Positions 21,502 through 35,564 are shown, counted from the first letter of the stretch. The stretch is 64,000 bases of DNA from Oikopleura dioica (GCA_907165135.1 OU015568.1:9362001-9426000); one strand, 5' to 3'. The notes: generated by a model from the letters alone, not told the origin. A program made the numbers and translations.

Positions 21502-24500
21502 ATGTCCGAGGAGGGCATCGACTCGTTCGTCGTCCGCCAATCAGGGGAAGAGTCTAAGCCCATTGTAACTCCTGAGTGCCAGAAAAAACAACGATCTGAA
21601 CTGTAAGTCTTCTTTTCTGATACCGATACTTACTGCGCTTGTAATGGCAATTTCAATTCCCAGCACTTCATACTGTGACAGTATTAATTTAATTGAAAGC
21701 ATACAATAAGAAAGAGAGCAGAGGAGCTCGAGATCCATTGATTTTTTATTTCTCAGCGCCTCTTCCTCTCGTTTATCGAATCTGATTTATATTCGCCTTA
21801 GATTATTATTAATTGAATAATAAATAATTTCAGCCTTTCAAAACTTCGCAAAGAACGATCAGCGCAAGCGGCAAAAGAACGTCGCGCGAATGAAAACCAC
21901 GAATATGAAAAAATCAAGAAACTTCTCCCCATCGACGAAGGTTTCCAACTCTTGCCATTTCTCTTCTAAAGCGTTTTCAGTGGCTGCGAATAATCTGGAC
22001 AAAGCAAGTGCAATTAGAATAACGATCGCGTTTCTGCGCTTATGCAAATTCGCGGGGAGTGGACTCACCGACTGGAATCTTCATTTCAAGGAGCCGCCAT
22101 ACGATGACGAGCAAATGCGACAACATCTTTGCAAATCTACTCTTCAGGTAGGCGCAGAATTGCTGCCGAATCTCCCAGATAAGCCGCTTGCGGCTTTTTG
22201 ATCCATAAAATATATCTTGGCTCAGCAACTTGTCCTGAAAGCCTGAGTCAGGTTATGAAGAGCTTGAATGAAAGTGGCTTTTTAAAATAACTAAGCTGAC
22301 TTTTTGTGGAGCTATTTTGTCGTTATGAAGAGCCGCACGCGGCTTTTTTCTCAATAAATTCCGCCTAATATTACGATTTTCAGACGATGGACGGTTTCCT
22401 GATGGTGATTTCTACCGACTGCAAGATCCTCTATCTCTCTGAAACTGTCCACGATCATCTCGGCCTGAGCTGGGTAATCTTGCATTATTCTGTTTCTTCC
22501 TGCTTAATTAAAACCCGTCTAGACGGATTATCCCGGCTCGGCTGTTAGCGAGCTGATTCCGCACCCAGAAGACCACCAGGAGCTCAAGTCGCTTTTGAGG
22601 GGTCTTCACAACTTGGCGCTCAAAGATGGTAGGAGTCCACTCTAGCGCTTTGTCGGGTGTTTAAGTCTGTCTCTAGAAAACACGACGGACTATGTCAACA
22701 TCGTCCTCCGCTTCAAAAGTCAAAAAGAAAAGCGCAACACTGGTTTGACCAAGGGAAAACTCGCCTATCCAACAAAGGTGAAACGAACAAATGGAAAAAG
22801 GGAAGATTATGAATTGAATTTAGGCCTGTCAAGTGGTCGGTTACTTGCGGTATTCGGAGCATGAGAACGCGCGGGGCCTCGTCTGCGCGGTTTACCCACT
22901 TATGTTGACAAACGTCCGGGATATGCCCCTTCCGCCAAATAGTTTCTACGTTCTTACGGATGACAAATTTGTGGTCACCAAAGTCGACAGGAGGTAAGTT
23001 GATAGATACCAAAGCGCATTCTACGCCCTAGAATCTAGGGGAGAGCCTTGCGAATCTTCCTGCAGGCTTTTCTCCTGGAATTAAAAAAGCGCCACCCTTA
23101 CTTTATCTTGTCAAAATAAGGTCACGCCCATTATCCACTCTGTACTAAAATTAATGGATTCACATCCTTACCTTTCCATTTTCTGTCTGACTTTTCTCTT
23201 TGTTAGCGTTTCGACATATATCGAACTGGAGCAAGAAGACATGATCGACGTGTCAATCTATAGCATGATCCACCCGGATGACGTGGATACCCTTATCGAA
23301 ACGCACAACCAATTCCTGCAGAAATCCCAGGGCGCGACCCGCTACTATCGCTGGCTGCAACGCAATAATGGTTATGTCTGGTGCAAATCCACGCTTTTGC
23401 TAGTTCAAAAGAAAGAAAGAGAGCTTATACTCTGGATTAACCAAGTTATCAGGTAAACATATATTTAGAAAAGTTATTTTTATAATTAACTAATTTATTA
23501 AGCGATCGACCAACTGACCCGTCTAATGGAATTGATCTTTTTCAACGATTCCCGGCCGATTTTAAGACTTCCAAAAACTCTTCACAAGGTAATTATTCAA
23601 AGAAGACTCTAAAAGTACACTCTATTGTGTCGAAAAGCCGCTTGCTACTTTTTAGAAATAGAAAATTTTCTCCCTAAAGGTCCCAACCGGCTCTTATCGA
23701 ATTATATAACAAATAATCGCGGTTGTTCGCAAATTGCTTCAGTTTCTAATAAGGGTTAAATAGCAGTATTAGACGACATATATCTTTCGACTTAGGCACA
23801 CTTTGGTAGCCTGGGGGCACGTTGTGTCTAGTTTGCAGAAAATACTCCGGAATTTTTAATTGGCTTTTTATCCCAAACACTTTCGACTGTGTTTGTGTGG
23901 CGGAATAGAATTTATTCACTTTTCTTCTGTAGCAATGAGCGACGCTAACTTGCTGAGCATCGACCAGGGGGAGATCTTTGAAGTAGAGCAAATTCAACAA
24001 GACACGAAGACGGAGACGAGCGGTTATCACGGCCCGGTCGACCCGGGTTTCGAAACCGGCGAAAGAGTTTCGATAAGTCCGCAGAATAAAACGCAGGTCT
24101 TTCCGAAAGAATATTCTCCAGGAAGCTCGCCGGAGAGAATCGGCGATTCGGAGTCGATAATCCTCCAAGAAGCTAGCGCAGAATCGAGCAGAAATCAACA
24201 AGGATTAACCTCCGAAAATCTCCAGCACAACATCGCCAAGTCTCCTAATCTAGCCATCGTCGAAGAAGACGAGAAAAACATCGCGACTTACAACCGACCG
24301 CCGAACAGTGACATTTCCAGCATCATGAGGCAGCGTAATTCCTCTTCGAATCCCCACGAAGGGCATCATAGTAGCACGCCGATTGTTCAGCTACCAAAGA
24401 TGAAGAAACGCATTCCTTCCGAGCCCTTCAAAAGACCAGTTGTTATTATGCAACCGCCTGCATTGAGAAACGAGCCCATGTAAGTTTTTAATAGAAAAAA

Positions 24501-25930
24501 GTGGTTAAATCGTTAAAAATTTTAAGTTGAAAAGCCGCTATTAAGTTTTAGAGCTGCATGCGGCTTTCGCACATTAGGATAATCTGATTGATATATTTTG
24601 TCTTAGTGGAACAAAGCATCACTTCAAAGACCGCGGCGATTCTTCCCAGCCGAACGAAAAGTACCGAAAATCAGAAGATGGAACAAAACTTCCTCGTCCA
24701 AAGTTCAAACATCCAAGCAACCGACCACGGGAAACTCTTCGTTCCTCCCTGGATGAGCGAAATCCGGCGAATCAGACCTTCGAGGGGAACGAAAGTGGCA
24801 AGTACTCGCCGCAAAAGGTGCGCTTGCCGCAGAACAAACGCCCCGAGCAGCTGAATATTGCTGTCCATCCTCAAGATCCACAAGGTTTTCTGGTTTTTCC
24901 TCTCTTTTTGTTCATTGGGGTTTTCAGTGTTAAATCAAGTAGCGGCTGGACCGGGGCTGCACTTCGTCACGCCGAACGGGCAAGAAGTGAGCTACCACAC
25001 TGGCGAGAGCGGCGTGTTGCCCGTCTCGACGATCCCATTCTACCCCTCCACAACGCATGTCCAGCGCAACGTCGAACAGCGCCAGAATGATAAAGTTATT
25101 TACTACGTGCCATGTCATCGTGAGACTGATGAGGTGAGAGCCAGACTGATCGGAGTAAATCTCTTCCGGCTGCGAAATTTTTTACGTTTTTTTACTATTG
25201 AAAATATTTGAAAGATTTTGAAAGACTCTTGATTAGGTTACAAATAGGAATTCTCATTCGTCCTTTTTCATCCTTTCTATCAAAAGATTAAAAACAGGAA
25301 ATTGAAATTTTCACCTAATTTCCCACCTAATTAAAATTGCCCGCGGCGAAACAAAACAAATTCAATCCTTTTTAGTTGAAACGCTTGAATAACCAATCAT
25401 TGCATCCCATACTGATATGCAAAAAGAGAAAACCTTTATCTAACTGTATCTGACTGAAACTGTTTCAGGAAAACAAGCCCAAATACGTCCATGTTCCCGA
25501 ATTGCCCATCATGGTCAATCGAAACGGGCGGCTAGAGCCCGAAGTCGCCGATCAAAATCAAAGCCCAAATCAACAACCGGTTCAACCGCATACTGTAAGT
25601 GTGCCGCTCTTTTAATTTTTGAACGAAAAAATTCACGAATTTTTACAGCCAAGCGCACCGGCAGTTCAACACGTGATGTACCTGGCAAGTCCAAGTTCGA
25701 CGCAAGCTGGTTATATCCAACACGCGCCCTCGCCCTTCATAGGAATTCCTTATATCACCCAAACTCCTCAACATGCCCAGCAGACTGCCCCTGCCGTGGT
25801 ACTCGTTCCCCAGCCAGCCAATAGCCACAATTTCAACGGTAAGCACCTTCTGTAAGAACACTCAGCAAACATATCTCTTCCAGGCCAACATCTTCAGCTT
25901 ATCCCTGGACCGGCTCCAATAGGAAATTAA
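21502..25930 (+). CDS. bHLH-PAS transcription factor, NPAS1/NPAS3/trachealess-like
   Basis: bHLH LRKERSAQAAKERRANENHEYEKIKKLLP..NLDKASAIRITIAFLRLCKFAGSGLTDWN (compare NPAS3 ..DFANQGDPPWN). PAS-A TMDGFLMVISTDCKILYLSETV; PAS-B IHPDDV..YYRWLQRNNGYVW..LILWINQVI; long P/Q/S-rich tail ending PAPIGN*. Confidence 0.88.
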
Positions 25931-26803
25931 ACGCAAAAATGCATACAAAGAAAACACAAAAAGAAAGCACAATAATGAAGCTCTCGCGAAAAACATCAAA
26001 AAATACTGAGCCTAGGCGAATATTTTAAAAAATTCATCTCTTTCTTTAGTAGCCCGTTTCTTGACCACATTCCGCCATTGCCTTTTCCTGTTTGTTAATA
26101 CTGTTCCACCTGTTTTTAGTTCCAAGAGGGGAAACTTTATTCATATTCGTTAATTTGCTTTTCAATTTATTATCTTTTCCTTGAAAACTTTCAACAATAC
26201 TTTATCTTCATTTCTTTTGAAATCGGCTTTTCGATTTTTGAAAGAATTACTGTAGCTACTAGCTGTAACTTTGTTACAGTAATTAGCTTTTTATCAGCTT
26301 ATTATTTAACTTAAATACCCAACTTACCAACTTTTACCAAAAAAGTTCAACTGTTTTATAATCTGGCCATTAGTTCCTGCTATAGTTCCAAAAAACAACA
26401 ACAACGATGAAATGTATCGTCTATTGAGTTCCAAAGTGTTTGAACCTAAGGTCGGGAATCTGTATTTTAAACCTGAGTCAGGGTCTTGAAGAGCTCAAAG
26501 GCGGCTTTTCGTGTGAGCTCTTCAAATCCGTGAGTCAGCTTGACGAGCCGAACTTTGAGCCAACACGGCTCAGCTCAGGTGGCTCAGAATGCTCCCTTGC
26601 TGAGTTGGGGAGATTGAGCCATTTCTTCCACCCATGCATTTTTCAAAGCAGACAGACTTGTAGACAGAGGAATGCGTGGGCGGATGTCTGCACAGAGATT
26701 GACTGCAATTTTTTGACCTCCTGACCATGACATTGTTTCTTTAGAAATTCAAGAGCCTTATTTTGAGAAAAATAAGAGGTAAATCGATGAGCTTTTGACG
26801 AAA

Positions 26804-29800
26804 ATGGGGGAACAGTTGGAGAAAGATCTCGCCTCGTACCAGGCGATCGCCCGAAAACTCTGCAACTTGACCGAGGATGATGACAAAGCGCTATTGACAA
26901 AGTCGATTGTCAAACTTGTCCACTACCTTAGATCGATCGACCAAGACGACACAACTCGTCGCGATGCCCTGGCCGTGGCGATCCATTGCATTGGAAAATC
27001 CTGCTTCATGGAGAGCGACGATCTGGTCGTGCGCGCCGCTACCGCCGGAGCGATGGTCCACGCCTTCCGAATTTACGTCCCGAACTTTCCTCCCTTTTGC
27101 CTCACAGACACAGCCACAGTCGACGAAGAACGTGTCCTAGATTCGCTGAACTTCCTTGTCGATCTCTTCCCCCACGCAAATGACGAAGAAGCGAACAAGA
27201 AAATCGGCTACGCGATCGAGTACATCAACACGATTCAACTGTTCAACTGCGTTTTCAAACTCGAGGGAGAGGACATTGGCGAAAACGAATTCATCGACAA
27301 GGCGATTAAGAACATCATCGAATGCAAGATGAAAGACCCGGGCAAGCGAAAAGTGCTCTCCAACATTCTCCGAGAGCTTATCATCGTCAGCGAGCACGAA
27401 GACTTTAATGTCATCGATGTGATGCTCTCGTACCTGATCACCGGCGTCCCGAATTACAACAAAAACGCGGCTCAAGTCGTTAAAGACGCGTTTTCCGAAA
27501 GCGGAGAGCACTTTGCCGACATTCTAGCTCTCTTCTTCAACACTGTCTTCGTTCAATTCGACAAGGTAAGCTTCCATTTTTTAGGATTACTGGTTTCACT
27601 AAAATTTCAAAATCAGGAACTGAAAAATATGCTGTTTCAGGTGATTCGATCGAGTCTTAGAGAGTGATTATGTGACTAACAGACTTTGTGATTATATTCA
27701 TATTGAATCAATATTATTGATCATTTTTAAGAACACAATAAATATGAATTCTGTTTTTTAAATCAATCAATCGTCAAGTGTCAATCGTATCTTGTAAAAA
27801 TATACGTGACTTTATTTATAATATCGTAACTTTCTTGGTTCAAAATCATCTGATTTTAATACTTACCTTTTCCGGTCTTTTAAAATCTAAATTGATCTGT
27901 TCAGATCCCGATCAAAGTCGCCAACAAATGGCACGAAGTGCTCCTCACTCTCTTCAAAATCGACCACAATCTGATTTCCAAAGAAACCGTCAAACATGTC
28001 CTCGAACTTGTCCATTCAAACACAACTAAAGTCGCAGAACGATCAAAGGCCCTTTCGTGTGTCTGCGAGCTCTATTCTTCAGAAAAGCTGCCTTCCGAAA
28101 TCAAAAACTTGATAATCAAAGCCCTGTCCCACCCAGTCGATGACCCGAAAGTTCGCGAAATGGTTGTCAAAAAGTGCTCCGATGTTCTGCTCAAAAATGG
28201 GCCGGACGAAAAAATTCTCAAACTTGTGCTCAACTTCTACAACGATGTAAAGGATAATGTCCGCGAAACCGTCGCTGAACGACTGCAAGCGATCATGAGC
28301 TCTTCCGTCGACTTTATAACAGAAGAATCGGTAAAAATACTGAGTACAGTGAGTACAGATCGAGTGTCACTGAAAGTCCGACTTGCTGGAATCAGAAGCA
28401 TCGCCCATGTCTACAAAACACATCGTTCTCAATCACATTTACCACTGATGAAAGAGTTGCTCCGCCAGTTACTGAAGGTTTACTGGTCTTTTGCGATGTC
28501 AAAAGGTTCGAAAGGGGAGCTGACGGATTCAGAAGAATCTGGGCGAATTGAAATTATGATGGCTTTTCAAACCGTCATCGTTGGAGGCGATTCCGTGGAC
28601 GCAGAAGAGCGAGCCGTCAATATGACGAACATCTGGCTGGACGATGACCCGCAGATCGAAAAAATCATCCGACGGATGCTTCTGGAGTTGTACTCGATGC
28701 GAAAGCCGTTTGAGCGCTCTTTGGAAATGATAATGGACCAGTCTGTCGAAGAAGGGCCGATTGAAGAATCGATCAAGTCATCTCTGAACGCTACTTGTGT
28801 CAAAGCTAAGGATAGTATGAACGAGTCGCTGATGAAAGTAATGCTCCAGAATGATAATCTCCTCGACATCGGCAGAAAAATGACGTACCTTGAAATGAGC
28901 GTCAAGCAACGAGTAAAATCACAGAAGAAATTTATCGACTCGGTTCGATCAGCAGATTCAACTATCAATTTGACTGCGCTTTCCGAGCTTTGCAAACGAT
29001 CGACCGACTGCATCATGGAGCCAAAAACTGTGATCAAGCTTTTCAAACTGCACTCAAACTCAACCGAAGAAGCGAAAAAAGAGCGCATACTGAATTTGAT
29101 TTATTACTTTTCAACCACTCACGAATACTCTTTTGCGAATCTCGAAGTCTTTGAGGTCGTTGTGGGCATCCTCGAAAAGGGCGATACAGTCAAAGAGATG
29201 CTCTTGCTGCTCAAGAATATCGGAAGTTTGTTGAACCAGGTCTACGAGGGTCGAAAACAAGCTGAAGAGGATGAAAACGCGGAACTGGATCTTTCGATTC
29301 TCAATCGATTCTGCAGCGTTCTGGAAGATTTGATACAAGGCGATGATTACAAATTGTCCAAGGTACGTACCCTCTCTCAATTACTGTAGTTATCACACAT
29401 TATTCTATAGTTAGCTATTGCGGCAATGATTTCAATCGGCAACGAAGGCGATATCTGTGTAAAATCGACTCAGAAAATTCTTCAAAGACTATCTGGAAAC
29501 GCTATTCGAAAGATCAAATCGGTTTGTCAGACCATTGATCTCGATTCTTAAACCAATTTTAGTGCTTAAATTCTGGAGACTATGACAATGAGTTCAATAA
29601 AGCGGCCCTGATTCTTGGCTGCGTGATGGCGGATACTACGAGCGCAAGTCGTGGCCAGTTTTTGCATATATTTGAAGGTACTCTTCCTTGATTTCAGTTA
29701 TTAAATTGATAAAACAAAATAGACTTTGTGGTCGGTAAAAACTTACAAATGCCTCCGGAAAATGCCGCAGCCTTCATCAAATGCTGCGAGAGACATTTGC

Positions 29801-32105
29801 GATTCATTTTGCAAGGTAAAGCCTTATTTAAAATTTCTTACAGTAACCTTAATCCAAAAATTCAGAGAGAACTACTAATTGTGACCGCCTGATCCAATTC
29901 ATCTCCCAGCAGCTTCATCGAAACAAGGGTGAGGCGAAAACAGCCGCTACAGTCGCCCTATTCCGGCTATCAACTTACAAGGCCGCTCGATCCAGCTTGA
30001 GTGGAAACGATATTCGCCAAATTTCATTCGAGCTGGCTAAAATGAAAGCAAAAGCCCTCAAGTACATTGGAAACAAGAGTGTTCCGCTCATGTGGATTTC
30101 TATCCTGATCATATTGGAGTTTGATAACGATTCTGCGTGGGTTGGTATGTTTGCTCATTTTTTTTTTCAGGGAAAGAGATTAACTGTCTTCTTCTAGCGA
30201 AAATTCAGCAAGTCGTAAAGCTTTACAGAGAGCAAATTACGAATGACATCACGAATGAGCCTGAAACAGTTCTTGTTTACGTCATCGATCTCTTACAGAT
30301 GTCATTTACTCTGCAAGGTAATTGTTCAACTATAAGCCTTTTGTTCGAAATCAATTTAGAGCTGAAAAGTCCAGAAGGTCAAGGAAAGCTGGAAGACATC
30401 CAGGACCGTCTGCGTATTTTCATTTCTGCGTTCACTTCTCCGCCGTCGTATGGTCTGCGTAAAACTGAAAGCGATCGAAAAAAGGTAGATTTGTTAGCAT
30501 TCAAATTCAGAAAATTAAACTTGTCGAATTCTAGCTTTGGTCTCAATTTTCTCGCTCGTACGGAATTCTTTACGGGATCGCGCAAGTCTGTCGCCGCCAT
30601 CTTTTAACCATCGGTTGTACGACGATCAAAGTCACTGAGAAAACTTACACCGTTTGTGAGATCATCATGCAAGAAATTCGCCGTCAATCGGCAGAATCAA
30701 AGATGAGCATTGATCATTTTCTTCCGAACGAAATGTTGAGGCTGTTTTCCAAGAAACTCTTCAGCATCGCAAAGACCAAAGAAGGCAGAGTCATCAACAA
30801 CGATCAATCACAGTATATGCCCGAGTATTTGGTCTACGCAACTCAGGGCACGAGCGCGGGCAAGAGAAAGCAGCCGAAGGATATTGAAAAGATGAAGCTG
30901 GATGATCATGATAGGTAATTTTTTAACTAAAAAGAAATATGGGGTTCTAATCGCTTTTGTTTCAGCGATGAAAACAGAGAGGAGGAAGAGAATCGAGAAG
31001 AAGAACAAATCATTCCCAAAGAAACCAAAACTCGATCTGGCCGTTCTGTCCGTCGAAGGATCATCGATGGAACAGAAGAAGACGAGAAGAACAAGAGTCA
31101 AAATGCTGAAAAGAGTCAGAACGCCTCCACTGTTTCTGAAGAGTCCGACATCTCTACTGTTTCCAGAAACTCGTCGCGAAACTCTGACCGAAGCCGAAGC
31201 AGATCTCCGGTAAAGAAAGCTACGCCCAAAGCTAAGGAGCCTGTGCGATCAAAAAGAAATGCTAAGAAGAAGGAAGAAGCGGAGGAAGAAGCATCGGCAG
31301 ATACGTCACAGGGAGAGTTTCAGATTTAATTATAGCTTATTTGAATTGTCATTGTCATAAATTTGTCATAATTTATGCTTCCTCCTTTGTAGCTTTCATA
31401 CTTTTGTAAAAACTCGTGAACAGGATAGTATGGAGGTTGATTCTGCAAACGAGGATGGAATGATGTCACCTCCTACTCGAAGACCACGAAGAACGACTTC
31501 GAAGCCAGAGCTGGTTATCAAGGCGAAATCTAAGAGAAAGACTATGGGAGGAAGAAGAAAGCTCCCAAGTTCTCAAGAAACCGAGACGGAATCGGAAGCG
31601 GAAAAAACTCCCAAAAAGGCCGCCAGAAAGGTTCCAGATAAGAAGGAAAATAAAGAGAACTTGGGCGGAAAAAGGTACAAAGAGAGCTTTTGTAGCGATT
31701 TCTTGTTTGAGACTCTAACTAAGAGTTATTTTTAGTCAACGAAAGAAGACGATAAACTTAGACACCTCCCAGTCATCGCAAGATGAAGAAAGTCCGAAGC
31801 GAGGAAGACGAACTCGACTGGAAGAAAAAAAGATCGATGATAGCAATGTGACTAACAATCGACGAAAACGCAAGCCAGCGTCTTCCCAGTCAAGCCAGGA
31901 ATCAGACTCTGGCTCAGTTTCTTCAAGACGCTCTTCTTCACGCATTGCCTCTCAAAGCACCGATTCTCAGTCGCCAAAGAAAGTAAGAGCTCCTCCAAAG
32001 AAGCAAAAGACCCTTACTAAACCACCCGCGAAGGCGCAGCGAAGGTAAAACAAAAAGTAATAACTAAATAATTAAAAAAAATTCAATAGGTCCCTGAGAA
32101 AATGA
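26804..32105 (+). CDS. PDS5: Sister chromatid cohesion protein PDS5
   Basis: N-terminus LVVRAATAGAMVHAFRIYVPNFP (compare PDS5 [21 protein letters not shown]), HEAT-like body, EKTYTVCEIIM (compare EKLYTVCDVAM) and a K/R/S/E-rich disordered tail. Multi-exon; last codons spliced to TGA ending 32105. Confidence 0.85.
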
Positions 32106-32305
32106 AGAGGTCAACTTAGGATTCTGCCACTCATATGTAACCGCCTTTCTCCACATTCCATTTTCTGCACATTTTAAGCACTGCCCAAATATATAATAAT
32201 TAAAATTCAACACATTCTTTGAAATTACTCAATTAATGAAAATATACTTGAGTTTACTTGTTTCTTGCTTTATTCGGGGGATGTCAAGTTTGCAGTTCAA
32301 AGGTT

Positions 32306-33113
32306 TCAAGGAGAATCTGGGTCGAACTGAGTGAAGATGTCCCAGGAGCAGTCAGAATGTTCAGAGTAAACAAGCAGATCCTCTTGCATGCCCCAGTTCT
32401 CAATAGCATTGTCCTATTTCAGATTAGTTTTTTTCCTCAAACTTAGAATACCATTAGCTCTCTGTATTGATCAGTCTGCAAGAAGTTTGGATCACGAGCA
32501 AGCACCCAAGCCTGTTCGACTGTAATAAACCAATATCGTTCGCAACCCATAACTAAATCAATAATTTAAGAGGACTTTTACGACCGACAACTCCTACCAA
32601 CAGCGTAGTTATCATAATCAGTGTCCATCATTTTATAGTTGCCCTTGGAGGTGAACAATTTCGAGATCCAACTGGCAAAGGCAGACTCCAAATTGAACGT
32701 AACTGTCAACCAGTTTGGCTTGTCATCCTAAAATTAACGCTAGAAATTTAAGAAAACAGTGGGCAATTAACAATTTCTTGGACAGCTTGTCCGACACCTC
32801 CGGTGAGGTCTCTGACTCCATCGCGCTCGTAGATTTGAGTGTTGTTGACTTTCACAGAGAAGTCATCTCGATCTGAGTAGAGAGCTCTAACGCACTGAGC
32901 ATCATCGTCTTGGAAGTAGTTTGGGTAGCGGGCGACTTCATTCCATTGCCCTTTATATCTTTTCGATACAATTTATATCTGCAAACTTTTCGAAACTCAC
33001 CGTTCAATATCAAAGTCTGCAATAACCGGCGCTTCGACGCATTTCTTCCCCCAGTACCAGATCTGTTTTGCTTCTGTAAAAGCGAAAATTCCGAAAAATG
33101 CGAAAAGTTTCAT
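32306..33113 (-). CDS. Secreted lipocalin (ApoD-like), copy A
   Basis: Signal peptide MKLFAFFGIFAFTEA, then WGKKCVEAPVIADFDIER, GxW exon ..EVARYPNYFQDDDAQC, GNYKMMDTDYDNYAV, EQAWVLARDP and ..FDPDSP*. Confidence 0.85.
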
Positions 33114-33212
33114 TTTTGCTCAGTCACGAGTTTTATGGAAAAAATCGTAAAGAAATCGGGCTTTATGAAGAGCGTTGTTCCGCGTTTGCGTTTTGATGGG
33201 GGTCATCGAGGG

Positions 33213-34623
33213 GAGAGAGGCGATTTTCTGGCAGTTAGACTTTCTGGCAGTTAGACTTTCTGGCAAAGGCGATTTTCTGGCACTGCCAGAAAATCTAATA
33301 TGCCAGAAAATCTAATTTCCAGAAAATCGCCTCTTTTGATTTTTAATCTACAGTTGGTGATCCTGGAAGGTTAAAAAACGGAGAGGGTTTTCGACAGTAC
33401 CACCAATTTTTTCTTACATGTTTTATGAAAATTCATTGACAAAAGCCACTTTTGACCCACTTATTCAAGATTATTGGCTGTAGCAAACATAAATCAGCTT
33501 TCTTCCGGGAATTTTCGTGTTAAGCCGTTAACAGGGTGACGATTTTGCCTACGCTTTTGCCTGTCTGTGATTGAGTGAAATCATGGATCCGGGCATACGA
33601 TTGGCTACTCATTTCCACGGTGTTAACAGGTTAATCACCCGGTGTTATTTGCATCTGATTTTGAGTACTTGGTCACAGTGGGCAACCGCTGAGATAATGG
33701 CGCACGCTCATGCTTTTTGAAAATGAACTTTTTATATAACTCTCCTGAAAATTCTTCCTGAGAAGGTGGTGGAATCGGTGTCATTTTCAATATTTTTTCT
33801 ATACGATTTTTCTTCCTTATCATTCTCCATTTTCTCAAAAAAAATCAAAACCTAACTTTTCAGCTGCCTGTGAACCCGTTTGTCACTCCGAAAACAGCTA
33901 GAACGAACTACCCTCATTCTATTTTTAGCGCAGAAATTTCAATTCCTAATTCGTAGTCTTTTTCAGCGCCCTGAATAGTCGGCTTTTAGATCAAACGCTC
34001 CCGTCGAAAGGTGCAAACTCCTGCTGAAACTGCTCCGAAATGAAATTTGTGTGATAATCACCAGTTTTTCGAATATATAAAATGATTTTATTAAAAAGAG
34101 TTTCTTGCAGAATTTCAAATAATATCCATCCTATAAAGGCGATTTCACCACCTGAGGAAGAATTTTCTGGAGAGTTTTATAACAAGTTCAGTTTCAAAAA
34201 GCATTAGCGTGCGCCATTATCTCAGTGGGTGCCCACTGTGACCAAGTACTCGAAATCAGATGCAAATAACACCTGGTGATTAACACAAAAATTCCCGGAA
34301 GAAGCTGATTTATGTTTGCTACAGCCAATAATCTTAAATAATTGGGTCAAAAGTTGCTTTTGTCAATGAATTTAAAAAAAAAACGTGTAAGAAAAAATTG
34401 GTGGTACTGTCGAAAACCCTCTCCGTTTTTTTACCTTCCAGGATCATTAACTGTAGATTCAAAATCAAAAGAGGCGATTTTCTGGCAGTTAGACTTTCTG
34501 GCAGTTAGACTTTCTGGCAAAGGCGATTTTCTGGCAGTTAGATTTTCTGGCAGTGCCAGAAAATCGCCTTTGCCAGAAAGTCTAACTGCCAGAAAATCTA
34601 ACTGCCAGAAAATCGCCTCTCTC
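33213..34623. mobile_element. Foldback-type non-autonomous DNA transposon (~1.4 kb)
   Basis: Ends GAGAGAGGCGATTTTCTGGCAGTTAGA / TCTAACTGCCAGAAAATCGCCTCTCTC. Inverted arms are ~33213-33780 and ~34140-34623, with tandem TTCTGGCAGTTAGA(C/T)T units at the tips. TSD CATCGAGGG at 33204-33212 and 34624-34632; the empty site is seen in the paralog at ~35641. Confidence 0.93.
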
Positions 34624-34747
34624 CATCGAGGGTCGTTATAATTGATGTTGAAGACTTTCTGTGACCACTCAACTTATGAAGGGATACAAGGGTGGCTTGC
34701 GTTTTGCTTTATTTTGAAATGTTCAAGTTTGCAGTAAAAGAATTTAT

Positions 34748-35564
34748 TCAAACATCTCCCCAGTCGAACTGAGTGTTGATGTCCCAAGAGCAGTCGGAAT
34801 GATCTGAGTAAACAAGAAGATCTTCTTGTACTCCCCAGTTTTCAACAGCATCGTCCTAATTTTGCGTAAGTTCATTTTCTCCTGTAAGTTATCTTACCAT
34901 CAATTCTCTGAATTGATCTGTCTGTGGGAAGTTAGGATCGCGAGCGAGAAACCAAGCTTGTTCAACGGTAATAAACCAGTATCGTTGGCAACTGAGCACT
35001 GAAAAATTTATTGAAGGATGACTTTGTTAATGCTCAAAATCTCTTACCAACAGCGTAGTTATCATAATCAGTGCCCATCATTTTATAATTGCCCTTGGAA
35101 GTGAACAATCGCGAGATCCAGTTTGCAAATCCAGACTCCAAGTTAAACGTTACTGTTAACCAGTTCGGCTTGTCCTCCTAAAATAACCGTTAAAATTATA
35201 TGCGAGGATGGAAGAATTACAATCTCTTGGATGGCTTGGCCAAAAGCTCCGTTTGCTTCTCGAACTCCATCTCGTTCAATGATTTGGGTGTTGTTCACTT
35301 TCACTGAGATTTCATCTCGATCCGTGTACGTAGCTCGGTTGCACTGACCCTCTTCGTCTTGGAAGTTGTTTGGGTAGCGGGCTACTTCATTCCACTGTCC
35401 CTTGTATCTTCACAAGATCTTTAATACCTCTTCATACTTTTCTACGTTTACCTTTCAATATCAAAGTCAGCAATAACCGGCGCTTCGACGCATTTCTTCC
35501 CCCAGGACCAAATCTGCTTCGCCTCTGTAAAAGCTAATATTCCGGAAAAAGCGAAAAGTTTCAT
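34748..35564 (-). CDS. Secreted lipocalin (ApoD-like), copy B
   Basis: MKLFAFSGILAFTEAKQIWSWGKKCVEAP.., YKGQWNEVARYP, GNYKMMGTDYDNYAV, EQAWFLARDP and ..FDWGDV*. Same exon structure as copy A. Confidence 0.85.

Noticed and set aside
33226-33330. Tandem 16-nt repeats as CRISPR or minisatellite
   Set aside because: They are part of the foldback termini and are mirrored at 34470-34623.
34342-34641. 99-aa ORF (and 32910-33254, 33635-33838) as a transposase
   Set aside because: Translations of repetitive TIR sequence with no DDE motifs.
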